From Gnetum montanum (lineage: Eukaryota; Plantae; Gnetophyta), in contig MNCI01000217.1 in assembly GCA_015680685.1 (NCBI GenBank), positions 66,670-130,669 on the forward strand: a stretch of 64,000 bases of DNA, in the 5' to 3' direction. Under the pieces are notes generated by a model. That model was not told the DNA's origin. It was given only the letters and a program-made list of their open reading frames with translations, and ran no database searches. The position numbers and the translations under genes are program-made. Positions 1-12,072 of this stretch are shown here, one piece after another (position 1 is the stretch's first letter; each line of letters begins with the position of its first letter).

Positions 1-1212
1 TTTTTCTTAATTCACCCTCCTCTTTAGCAACCTACTCGATTAGTCTTTGGATCTAATAGGCACTTAATTCTAATAGTCACCCTTAGGCATAAACACCAAG
101 GGTTTTACTCATTTCTAATCAAAGCCTATTTATAATGTGGTAAAGTTGATTTGGTTGAGAATAACCATGGCCAAGACATTTGTGCATTAAGGAACAGTCT
201 TGACCGATGGCGACATCCAAGGGTTCATGTATTCCTTGTTTCCATTCTTGGATTTTCGTTTTTAAATTGGACACTCTAAAGTATGTTTGATATTTATCAT
301 TAAACAATTCAAGCATGGTATTCCATCGTCTAATAGATTTTGGCTCTAAGGACTAGTACCAGTTCTTTGCTTCTTTGATGAGTGNNNNNNNNNNNNNNNN
401 NNNNNNNNNNNNNNNNNNNNNNNNNNNNNNNNNNNNNNNNNNNNNNNNNNNNNNNNNNNNNNNNNNNNNNNNNNNNNNNNNNNNNNNNNNNNNNNNNNNN
501 NNNNNNNNNNNNNNNNNNNNNNNNNNNNNNNNNNNNNNNNNNNNNNNNNNNNNNNNNNNNNNNNNNNNNNNNNNNNNNNNNNNNNNNNNNNNNNNNNNNN
601 NNNNNNNNNNNNNNNNNNNNNNNNNNNNNNNNNNNNNNNNNNNNNNNNNNNNNNNNNNNNNNNNNNNNNNNNNNNNNNNNNNNNNNNNNNNNNNNNNNNN
701 NNNNNNNNNNNNNNNNNNNNNNNNNNNNNNNNNNNNNNNNNNNNNNNNNNNNNNNNNNNNNNNNNNNNNNNNNNNNNNNNNNNNNNNNNNNNNNNNNNNN
801 NNNNNNNNNNNNNNNNNNNNNNNNNNNNNNNNNNNNNNNNNNNNNNNNNNNNNNNNNNNNNNNNNNNNATTAAATCCTTTTTCCTTTGCAAATTCATGGT
901 GTTGTTCTAGCTGTTGATCCTGTAGACATTATGCCTCAGTGGGATGATAATCCTTGGCATTAGTATCTTGCACAACATACTTAGCATGTCATTCCTAGAG
1001 ATCCCATCATATAAGAATTTGTTGAAGCATTGTAGGAACCAATCGATCCAATGGTAACACAATGTTGTCCTCCATGTCACACCACCACAGCTGTTCATCT
1101 TGATGTAGGATGAAGGTGAAATTGGGTACATACTCATTAAGATGAGCATATACCACTTGATATTGCTGAGGCATTGGCTAATGAGCTCCATTAGACTTGG
1201 GCGGAGAAGCAC
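1..1212 (-). pseudogene. gag: degraded gag (element 1), interrupted by assembly gap
   Basis: ORF 119-316 aligns with 6984-7232; HTHLNEYVPNFTFILHQDEQ-type motif near 1050-1150. Confidence 0.8.
385..868. other. assembly gap (N run)
   Basis: 484 N. Confidence 1.
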
Positions 1213-1373
1213 TCCTATAAGAAGAAGACATTTTTAATTAGATGATAAAAATGCAATGTGCTTTTAAATTTTTGTTGTAGTAATTATAAAATATGATATG
1301 ACTTTAAGGTTTGTTCCAAAAATTTTGAATGATTTCCACTAAATCCTAGATAGTGCACAAAACAACCAAAAGG

Positions 1374-1391
1374 TCCTTGGTAATGGTGCCA
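1374..1391 (-). promoter_or_regulatory. primer-binding site (tRNA-Asp type), element 1
   Basis: minus strand TGGCACCATTACCAAGGA, 1 nt after LTR end TCATCA; decayed version of TGGCGCCGTTGCCGGGGA. Confidence 0.8.
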
Positions 1392-1392
1392 A

Positions 1393-2259
1393 TGATGAGT
1401 GGTAAGGTACCCCTACGCTCAACCATACAAATCACTAAGGTGTTCACACACGATCTAGTCGAATTTTGTGGACCTATAGTTCTCCAATGTACTAGTTTCT
1501 CTAGGAAGTAAAATAGGCATTGAGAACATTTGTTGTCTTCCCAACTACACTTATGAAGCTCAAGGGTATGGTTTAAGTGTAATTGAGGTACATGATTTTT
1601 CTCATTTTATGTTTTATAAGTTTAGTTGCCTACAATAAGAATGAAAGGTAGAGTAATTTAAGATCTAACTCATTCATTGCCTAGCTAACCTAACACAAGT
1701 ACCTGTTCCACTTTCCTAGACACATCCTGAACACATATAATGTTGCAAGGTTACCAAATGTTAAGCGTTGTTGGGTTACCAAGCACTATATGTATGCTCA
1801 AAGTGCTCATGCTTGTGTTCATTAACAACTGGAAATTAATTGCTTAATTTAAATGCATTAAAGTAAGTGCATGAAAGTAAGTACATTAAAAGAAACATTA
1901 ATCTATTCTCAGTGCTACAAGGACTATCAAAAGGGTTCATTTTTATTCCCGTCACACTACTACACTCAGGTACATCAGTGTTTGAAAAAAGATCTATACA
2001 TACTTAGACTCCTATTGCAGGCACTTAGAAAATATTCTAACTCTGGAGAAAACAAACTATAAGAGCTTCGCTAACTATGAAAAAAACTAAAAAGAAAACT
2101 ATCTCAAATCATGAGCCCAAGTGCTATATTTATAAGCTAGCGTATAGCCTGCGATATCAGATATCTGACATCGCATCTTGGGCTCTGACATCGGACACCC
2201 AATGTCAAGGCTCTAATATTGGGTACCCAATATCGGAGCAGTGAAAATGTGATTCATCA
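1393..2259 (-). repeat. 5' LTR of element 1
   Basis: TGATGA...TCATCA termini shared with element 4 LTR ends (GATTCATCA; GGTACCCCTAC.CTCAACCATAC); TATA box near 2127-2135. Confidence 0.8.
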
Positions 2260-2528
2260 CCCTTTTTTAGTATTCTTATTTCTATAAATGATCTTATTTT
2301 GTATTTCTACCCTCTCTATCATTTTTGGCATCATGTGTCATCCTCTTTCCTCTATGACATATTATGCATGATAGTTGACTTTAAAGTTGGACCATCATCT
2401 TAGTGGTAATGCAATAAACATTAGTATGGTTTCATTAACTAACATGATTTGCAAGAAGGCAATTGATATGAAGAATACAAGTAAAAACACTTCCTATATT
2501 ACAAGAATGCAACACCATAAAAATACAA

Positions 2529-2874
2529 GCAAGACCACAAAGAAGGGCATTAAAACTTGAAATTACTAAAACATAGATACACCCTAAGATATATAATCCA
2601 ACTGGAACTTTAGATAGCTTAGCATTATCCATTGGAATCAAATGCATGACATGGAGCTTCCAAATCAAGTGTCTTACCACTAAGCTAATGCCTCAATGTT
2701 GGCAAGACCACAAAGAGGGGATATTAAAACTTGAAATAAGTGAAACATAGGCACACCCTAAGATATATAGTCTAATTAGAACTTTATATAGCTTAGCATT
2801 ACCCACCAAAATCAAAGTCATAACCTGAAGCTTCCAAATCAAGTATCTTACCACTAAGCTAACACCTCATTGTT
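2529..2874 (-). mobile_element. tandem dimer (2 x 173 bp) of a tRNA-derived SINE
   Basis: GCAAGACCACAA recurs at 2529, 2702, 2875; each unit has a minus-strand A box (TAGCTTAGTGG) and a degenerate B box; same family at 18960-19155 and 20028-20094. Confidence 0.65.
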
Positions 2875-3224
2875 GCAAGACCACAAGAGATCCCCCACCA
2901 ACATATGACAAGATAAAAAAAAAGACCATGAAATAATTTTTTAAATACCATGAAATAGCTTTTTTAAAATATAATTCTTCTTTCATTATCCAATCTCATG
3001 ATCTTGATTACCTACCAAAATAAGGGACAAGAGCTAGTTTGAATATTGGAATTATGTAGTGAAGACCAGTCCAAAGAGATTGGGATTCAAACCAACACTT
3101 ATGGTTGTGCCTTGAAACCATCTTTGAGTCTCAATTCAATGAAAAAAATTTTGCAATTGTAAAATTCACAAGAAGATGAAGTTTCAAATTCATGATTCCC
3201 CAAAAATATTTCTAGTGCATATAC

Positions 3225-3955
3225 TCATCATCATCATCTTAGCCTTGTCCCAACAAAATGGGATTAGCAACATGAGTTCTTTTTGGCCATTCACTTCTAT
3301 GAAGAGTTAAATATTTGTTTACTTGTAGTTTCTTCAAATTATCTTCAATTTTTTTTCCATATCCTTCAAATTATCTTCAATTGTTTTTCTTCCATATCTT
3401 TTTTAGTCTTCTTTTAAGTGGCTTTCCTAGAACAATGATGTAGCAACCTTTGTTTATAGGCTTATTGTCTAATCTTCTTTGCACATGTACAAATTATCTA
3501 AGCCACCATTTTTGTAGCTTATTTGAAATAAATGTTAGTCTAATTCTTCCTATGATATCTTTCTATTTTGACCATACTACCTTAATTCTATTTTTCATAT
3601 CTTTATCAATTTCACCTTCTAATTGGAGGATTGATTCTAGATAGCGAAACTATTTGTAGTAAAGGACTTTTTGCTTGAATTGTCACTTATATTTCATCAT
3701 TATTTATGGTATTACTAAAATTTCATTCCATATATTTTGTCTTGCTTTTGCTAATTTTTAAGTCTTTTGATTCTAGAGCATGTCTCCACTTCTTCATTTT
3801 AGTGGTAATATTTTTTTGAGCTGTATCCACCAACATAATATCATCTAGAAATAGCATACACCAAGGGATTTCATCTTGTATTTTCTTTGTTAACTCATTC
3901 ATAATAATAGCAAATAAGTATGGGCTAAGTTTAAACCCTTAATGTAGACCTACAT
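3225..3955 (-). mobile_element. 5'-truncated RTE-clade LINE (RT C-terminal half and 3' end)
   Basis: minus translation VGLH*G..LSPYLFAIIMNELT...IPWCMLFLDDIMLVD; 3' end CCCATTTTGTTGGGACAAGGCTAA followed by (GAT)n tail. Confidence 0.9.
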
Positions 3956-4319
3956 TACATCTATTAAATAATTAAAGCACAACACTAGCTAAAGAATGAC
4001 CATCAAGTTTTCAGGGAAACTTTTGCAAGTAAACTCTACATGAAGATAAATTCAAACTTTCAATGGTAAATCTGCATGCACTATTCAATTAGCAATTAAT
4101 ATATCTCAAACATTTGCTTAAATTACACACACATTTAGTGACTATATGTATAGAATAGAAAATATGCATGTGGCTTTAAGTATACATTAGATCTAGTAAA
4201 ATAAATACAAGCCTTAATTGCAAGTTAGAGGTCTTAAAGCTACCAAAGATGATCCTAATAACTATACCCCAATATCCTTGATATTGGTTTCAATCCCTAT
4301 TTTTAGCAATACTCTATTT

Positions 4320-4670
4320 TTATCATTTTTTCATTTTTTGTAATTCATTTGGATTTTGATTTTTAGCCTTTAGCACCTTTTGCTAGTCTTTTAATACTTG
4401 TTTTTGGTAATGATCTTCTTTTCATCATTTTTGCAATATTTTTGAAATTTTTTTACAATTTTATTTTTAATCTTTAGTAACTTTTAAAAGTCTTTTGATT
4501 TTTCTTTTCAGTAACAATATCTTTTTATCATTTTTGCATTTTTTGTAGTTCATTTGGAATATGTTTTTAAGCCTTTAGTAGCTCTTTTGATTCATACTTT
4601 GGGTAACAATATCTTGTTTATCATTTTTCTGTAGTTCATTTGGGATTTGATTTTCAACTTTTAGCGGCTT
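4320..4670. repeat. degenerate ~100-bp T-rich tandem repeat (about 4 units)
   Basis: ATCATTTTT...GTAGTTCATTTGG motif recurring at ~4322, 4423, 4527, 4620. Confidence 0.5.
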
Positions 4671-4806
4671 AGAACCATCTTTAAGAGCTTAGATTCCTTT
4701 TAGTATTTTTTTTTTCTTTTTGCATTTTTCAATTAGCATTTAGAACGTGTGTTTTCATTTTTGGCACTTTTCACCAATTTAGAAATTCCTCTTTGTTAGT
4801 AGATTT

Positions 4807-5711
4807 TGATGAAGTTTCAAATGGTCGACGCGTTTACTAGGTCATGTATACGGGACCCCGTATATACGGCCGTGTCAACGTGGCCTTGTTGATGCATCCT
4901 TCCATGCGTCGACATGGCCCCGTTTATGCGGCACCTATTTCAGCCTATAAATAAGTGGGCTCCCGTCACACTTATTTACCTTTTTGTTAGTTGTAGCGAA
5001 GCTCTTGCAGTTTTTTCCATGAGAGTTAGAATATTTTCCAAGTGGCCACAGTAGGTGTAAGAAAGGTGTCCGGCTCTTTATTCGAGCGCTAATGTACCTA
5101 AGCCCATTGGCGTGAACAGCAATAAAGACAAGCTTTTCAAGCATTCCTTGTAGCAATTGGACTTAGCCATTTCTATGCATTTATAGTTTAATATTTATAT
5201 GCTTTAATCATTCATTGAATTATGTTATTATTATTTTAATCACTCTTGCTCTCTTATAGTTCATCGAAATCATCAGTATGACCATCTCAAACGTGAAACC
5301 CAACACTTGGCAACCCAGCGACGCTTAATGTCTGGTAGCCTAGTAGTGGTTAGGGGATGCTTAAGACGTGCACCGAAGATGGGATCGGATACTTATGCTA
5401 GGAAGAGTTAGGACATAGATTAGGATAATTATAGCTTACATAATATTGCATTCCTTACTTTCCATTCTAAGAATCAGATGTTAGAAGATAAAGTAAAAAG
5501 CCATAAAAACCAGTTGCCTCAATCTCACTTAACCATCGCAATCAGAACATCACAAGTGAGGTTGAGAGGACAACAAACGTTCTAACAAAGGGTTTTGCTA
5601 GTTAAAGGTCCGGTGTATGTTAAGTGCTCACTGTCTACAAAATTCGACCGAGTCACTTGTGAACACCCGTGATTTGCATGGTTGGGCATAGGGGTACCTA
5701 GCCGCTAATCA
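4807..5711 (+). repeat. 5' LTR of element 2
   Basis: TGATGAAG...GCCGCTAATCA; direct repeat of 17032-17916; TATAAATA near 4946. Confidence 0.97.
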
Positions 5712-5712
5712 T

Positions 5713-5730
5713 TGGTGCCATTACCAGGGA
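5713..5730 (+). promoter_or_regulatory. primer-binding site (tRNA-Asp type), element 2
   Basis: TGGTGCCATTACCAGGGA immediately after the LTR. Confidence 0.9.
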
Positions 5731-5875
5731 CTATTAGTCTTACATGCACCATTTAACCTTAGCAAAATTATCATTCACGTCATTGGAACGGACCTAGGAT
5801 AGAAAAATTTACGCACGTTAGGCAGACTTAGTAACAAGTAAGGTACACCGAATAGTGGATTATTTAACATCCAAC

Positions 5876-8417
5876 ATGTCTTCTTCTCACAAGCGAGATG
5901 AATCCAACTCACTAGTGTCCCAAGAATGTCAGGTGGTCTACATGCATCCTAATGAATATGTTCTTGACTTCACTTTCATCCTACATGAGGATGAACATCA
6001 ACGATGATGGGACATGGAAGGCAACATCATACTACCACCTGACTGATCGGCTCCTAGAATGCTGTTTCACAATCTTGCCAGAGTAGGCATCCAAGACCAT
6101 GGTGTGGAGTACATCAGGGAGGACCATGACTACTGGGACTATCGTCCCATTGAGGTCCAATAGGCATGAAACCAGCAGTAGGTAGAATGATATGAACACA
6201 TGAAGGGGAAATAGTTCAATAACCCCTTATTCTTACAAGGGCTGCAGGACGATGGGGAACCTATCTTTCATGATTCCCATTCGACTAAACTTCCTCTGGG
6301 GCATTAGATCATCCAGTCCATTATCTAGAACAAACCACCAAGTGACTGAGATCCCCAAGGGGATGGAGGATCACGTAGGAGAAGCCATGGCTCAAGCAAG
6401 GATGGGTAGGAAGATCGAGGCCGCCATCAGAGCAAAGGGGGAGATCAACACCAGTGTGGTGGCGACTCTTCTCCTTCTTCTCCATCCTCTCACTCCCCTC
6501 TACCTTCACCTAGTTTAGACTCTGATCATAACTGTGGTAGAAAGGGGTAAGGTGATGGTGGTCATAAGGATCGAAGGGACAAACATGAGGAAGTGCATGA
6601 CTAATCACACAAGGCTCACTGTCATGAAAGGAGGGGTAGCCGAAATCGTCACAGACATCATGGTCCTTAGCAGAACTATGACTTGAATGAGCCATTGCTG
6701 GCTACTCGAAGCATGCTCCATATCATCGAGGTAGTTCAGATACCCAGCAGGCACTTGAAAGATAGCTGGATCAAATGCATTGACATGAACAATATCCCCA
6801 GGTTTGAAGGAGGGTACAATTGTGATTCGCAAACTCACCTGTAGGCATTCCATGATGCTTGCACCCTACAGGAATATTGATAATGATTGGAAAAAGCTTA
6901 AGCTATTCCCTCGCACCCTCATTAAGAAAGCAGAAAGCTGGTACTAGTCTTTGGAACTGGAATCAATCAGAAGATGAAGTACGATGCTTGAGATTTTCAA
7001 TGATAAGTATCAAACCTACTCCAGGGTGGTGAATCTGAGACATCAAATCCAAAGCTGGAAGCAAGGGAATCATGAACCCTTGGATGCAACCATGAGTAGG
7101 TACCATTCATTGTTACATCGATGCCATGGTCATGGCTACTCTCAACGGGCACAACTTTGCCATATCATTAATGGGCTTTACTTTGAAACTCAAAAGACCC
7201 TTAGTGTGTACGCCCAGGGACAATTATCATAACTAAGGGCCCATCAACTATAGCGCCTGATTGAGCAAGTGGCCAAAGAAGAGGGGGAACTTAGAAAGAA
7301 GGAGAGCACAGAAGAGTTTAATCGAGATCCATGCATCAGAAAGATGGAGGTCCAATTTTGTGAAGAAGAGGAATCACCACTAGATGCAGCGGTGAACTAA
7401 AAAACCTTGCCCCTACAGAAATTTGCCTCTGAAATATTGAAAAAGGTTGACAAGATGTGGGACTCTCTGGATGAAAGATTTCAAAGTGTTCTAAAAATTA
7501 TAGAGGAGTCCAGGGAGCAAGGTAATGATCATGATCAGCGTAGGAAGAAGGAAGCTAAACGTGCCCATCATAAGGGTAAGGGCAAAGTTGCTGTAGTAGA
7601 ACAGGTTGCAAACTTTGATACAGAGGAAGACGATAAATGTGGCATATGCCAATATGAACATCCTAAGGGGTGTTGTCCTTTGGTGTCACATCTTCAAGAG
7701 TCTAACATGTATGCATTGAATCCTCTTTTGGCGAAGAGGCAAACACCCTGAAGGTTTCCTTAACCACAAGGCAACCTAATACAGTTCCACCAGCAGCAAG
7801 GATATTATCCAAGTGGAGCGCCACTGCAACCTTATGAACACTTCCAATAGTGGAAGCATCCACAAGTGTGGGGGATGCCACCTCCAAGGTAGCAATACCC
7901 TTACAGATAGCCAGATCCCTCTGGGTACTATGTTCAGCAACTAGTCTCTCCACGGGACTCTTCTAGTTACGCAACCTTTCAGAGTTACTACCACCCCCCG
8001 AAATATTTTCAACCACAATCTCCATCACCCAGGGGGGAAAGCCCACATCTCTACTATCCTCCATCACATTCTGCTGCTGTTCCTTCTCCACAACACCCGA
8101 CTCAGCTACCACTTGCTCCACCCATGGAGGGGGAAATCCCACCACAGCCACAACAACGTAACACTATGAGGGCTGTCAACCTACAACCAACTCCTCAGCT
8201 GAGTGGACTAAAAGAAAAGCCACAGAAATGTCCCTTCTTCCAACCTAATAACTTAAGCATACCCTCACACACACCTGTGGCTGGTTCCTCTGAACCTCAA
8301 ACCTCCTCCACCATTCCACCCTTCAAGCAGCCTTCGAACCAAATGCCCTCCAAGGTACAAATGGTCATGCTCACACACGCAATGATCGACTGGATAAAGG
8401 TAGGCCATCTTCCCTGA
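5876..8417 (+). pseudogene. gag: gag (stops and frameshifts)
   Basis: ATGTCTTCTTCT start; KLKLFPRTL..KAESWY..L...SI..W..MLEIFNDKY retrotrans_gag-like core; CGICQYEHPKGCCP Cys/His motif; P/Q-rich C-terminus. Confidence 0.88.
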
Positions 8418-11400
8418 AAATTGACTAATCTAGGGAGTCCCCTCATCTATCTTCAGGTGGAAGGAAATGAGCCATGTAAAGCTCTTCTGGATTTGGGATT
8501 AGGTGTTAATTTGATTTCACATGAAATGTACAAGAACTGGAACCTACCCCCGTTAAAAAAGAGCAACATTCAGCTTAAGTTGGTAGACCAATCCATCACT
8601 ATTCCCTTTGGATTGGTGGAAGACATTGTGACCATCATTTGCAGGTGGTCTTATCTTATTGATTTCGTTGTCACCCATATGGAGAATTGCAAGGGGAACT
8701 TACCAATCAAAATGGGAAGAGCTTGGCTGAGCATGGTGGATGCAAGACTAGGACTTCAAGATCTTTCCCTTGAAATCTCAAAGGAAAATCCTTTTGGAAA
8801 GATCAATAAGAAGTGCGTTCCATGCATCACGTATAGTGACTTCGGGTGCAATTGTGTGCAACAACTATGGTCCACCAAGCAGACATCTATTCAAACATGT
8901 AGTTGGTGTATCGAAGAATCACTAGTTCAACAGTGCCTGTATGCAGTAGCCAAAAATTAAGAAGGCACCTAGTGGCTAATCGCTAATCTTGCTAGTAGTA
9001 CCTTATGCATGGAACCATCCAAGGGGCTTGTACAAGCCTACATAGAAAGCATGGATAATTTGGAAGAGGTTCATCAACAAGTATCCACTGTTGATGACCA
9101 TGATGATTGGGGAAAGTTGCAAATCCCTGAAAGTTTCAAAAAGGAGCCCTTGGAAATCAAATCCTTATCAGGCCACTTAGAATATGCCCTTTTATAGAAT
9201 GGGAAACCAGTAATTAACAATGCTACCCTTACTCCTGAACAGAAGAAGATATTGCTAAAGGTGGTGAACAAATGGGAAGCTATTTTTGCATGGTTATATC
9301 TTGAGCTAACCAGAGTTGATCCCAGGGTCTTCCAACATCAGATTTATATTAACCCCCCCATGAAGCCACGACGTCAACCACAAAGATGGTTGAACCCCAA
9401 ACTGAAGCAAGTCATCAAAGATGAAATCAAGCAGTTGCTAAAAGCAAGGTTCATCTATTCTATTGCCGATAGCGAATGGGTCAACCCACTCGTTATTGTG
9501 CCGAAGAAGGATGGAAATGGAGGGTCTGTATAGATTTCCAATTGCTCAACATGGCTACCTTCAAAGATCACTTCCCACTCTCGTTTGTGGACCAGGTGTT
9601 GGACACCATTGTAGGGCATTGTTATTATAGCTTTTTGGATAGTTATCGTGGCTATAACCAAATCCAAATTGCACTAGAGGACCAAGCCAAGACAACTTTC
9701 ACAAGTCCCTAGGGGACTTTTGCATACAAAAAGATGCCTTTGGCCTGTGTAATGCACCTGCCACTTTCCAATGCCTTATCCTTAGCATCTTTTAGCAGCA
9801 AATTGGCAATGGGGTAGAAGTCTTCATGGATGACTTCTCTACCTATGGGGCCACGTTCAATCAAGCCTTGGACCGCCTTGAGCAAGTTTTGAAAAGATGT
9901 GTGGACACTAACTTATAGCTCAACTAGCAGAAAAGCCACTTAATGATCCAAGAGGGCATTGTGCTGGGGCATTGTATTTCATAGATAGGGATTAGAATGG
10001 ATCTTAAAAAAATCAGGGTCATCCAAGGAATCACCTAACAGCCAAGCACTGTTAAAGATGTTTGGTCATTCCTTGGCCACACTGGTTACTACCGGCGCTT
10101 CATCGAGAATTTCTCAAAAATCGCCAAGCCATTGATGGAACTCATGAAGAAGGATGCTCTATTCGTCTAGACTAAGGAATGTGAATCCACATTCCAAATG
10201 TTTAAATAGAAACCCATAAAGACTCCAGTTCTACAGGCACCTGATTGGTCTAAACATTACCACATCATGATGGATGCGTCCAACTATGCATTGGGAGTTG
10301 TGCTTACATAGTGTGATGATCAAAAACGTCCATACTATATTCATTGTGCAAGCTGTAGCATTGTGGGTACCTAGCTTAATTACACCACCACCGAAAAGGA
10401 GTTGATGTTGGTGGTGTTTTCCTTGGAAAAATTTTGACACTATGTGCTTGGGTACAAGGTGTTCGTGCATACTGACCACAGTGCCATTCGGTTCCTGATG
10501 AACAAACCAATGGTGAGCCCCTGTATCATACGGTGGTTGGTGATTCTTCAAGAATTTGACCTCACCATGGTAGATCAGAAGGGGACTGAGAATGTGGTTG
10601 TTGACCACTTGTCTCAGTTACGATGGGAGGACACAAAAGAAGAGGAGCCCCTCTCCGACCAATTCCTCGATGAACTTCTCTTCATGAGAGCAGTCAATCC
10701 ATAGGTGCCCAAGGAATCACCTTAGTTCAACCACATCATCACCTACCTCACCACTCAAGAATTGCCAAAGGAGTGGAACCATCGGTAGAAACAACAATTT
10801 CTCTATAAGGCCAAGCGCTTCATGAAAATCAATGGCCACCTTTATAAGGTATGCATAGATGACTTGGTTCGATGGTGTGTCCCTGATGATGATACAATGC
10901 ACGTCCTCCAAGATGCTCATGAGGACCCTTATGGAGGCCACTATGCTGGATGCCACACAACCATTAAGATCCTACTTGTAGGATATTATTGGCCCACAAT
11001 CTTCAAGGACACACAATGGTTCACCCACTCCTACAAACGATGCCAAAGAGATGGTGGGATGACTGCACAATTGGAGGGACCTCAACAGTGGATCCAACCA
11101 CTGGATACCTTCAACATCTGGGGCATCAACTTCATGGGAACCATCACACCCTTATCCAATGGAAAGTCATACATCATCGTAGTTGTGGACTACTGCACAA
11201 AGTGGGTGGAGGTAGCAGCCATCGTCGATTGTTTCTCAAACACCTCCACATGATTTATCCAATAGTAAATCATCAATAGGTTTGGAGTGCCACGTGAACT
11301 CATCTCGGACAGTGGGACTTATTTCACAGGTGTCACTTTTTTTAAACTCATGAAACACTTGGGGGTTACCCATAAATTCACAACACCTTATCACCCCCAA

Positions 11401-12072
11401 GCCAATGGGTGGGCCGAAGTCACCAATAGGGAGATCACCAAGATCCTCACCCGAACCATCAGCAAATATAGGAGGGATTGGAGCACCAAACTTAACGATG
11501 TTCTCTGGGCCTATTGCTCCACTTGGAAACTTCCTATAGGTTACTCTCCCTATGAGTTAGTGTACGGTAAGTGACCAAAACTTCCAATCTAGGCAGAACT
11601 CTGGATACTATCCACAGCCAGTGACTTAGGCCTTGACCTACCGCTAGCACAACATGAACAACTTATCAATTTAAGTGTGCTAGATGAGAATCGATTAGTG
11701 GCCCTGTCTTCAAATGAGATCCACAAGGCATATAATAAAAAATGACATGATCTTAGGATTCAGAAGGTCACATTCAAATGTGGAGACAAGGTGTTGTATT
11801 GGAAGCCCAAACATGTACGACAACCAACCAGGTTTCAAACACTGTGGGAGGAACCTTACATTGTCTCGGAAACCTTCCCATCCGAGGCCTTGCTTATCCA
11901 CAAACCTGAGGACCCCATAAGAACGAAGTTGGTTAACCAACAACAACTAAAACCTTTTCGTGAACTCCACCTGACCAGTGCTATTGCCTCATCATCACCG
12001 GGACAACCTCGTTCCATCTTTCGCATCTCCTCCTTTCTACCCAGTTGTGGGGGAGACCATCCTCTATGCTAA
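8418..12072 (+). pseudogene. pol: pol: aspartic protease, reverse transcriptase, RNase H, integrase (decayed)
   Basis: ALLDLGLGVNLI (PR); SEWVNPLVIVPKK, KDHFPLSFVDQVL, VEVFMDDFS (RT); MMDASNYALG, NYTTTEKEL (RH); HEDPYGGH..WPTIFKD..CQR, VVDYCTKWVE, ISDSG, YHPQANG (IN). Confidence 0.97.

Larger units (their letters stand above)
1..2259 (-). mobile_element. Athila-like Ty3/Gypsy LTR retrotransposon, 5' part (element 1; continues past window start)
   Basis: LTR 1393-2259, adjacent PBS, and gag fragments (119-380: MLELFNDKYQTYFRVSNLKTKIQEWKQG; ~950-1150: gag N-terminus) homologous to the gags of elements 2 and 3. Confidence 0.85.

Noticed and set aside
346-917. ORFs of 163-183 aa
   Set aside because: Artefacts of the N gap.
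2800-2870. functional tRNA gene
   Set aside because: Acceptor and anticodon stems do not form, B box is degenerate, and it is attached to a repeated body; treated as a SINE.
4807-4815. TGATGA at LTR ends as hammerhead (retrozyme) core or C/D-box
   Set aside because: It is the LTR terminal inverted repeat; no CTGATGA..GAAA three-stem context.
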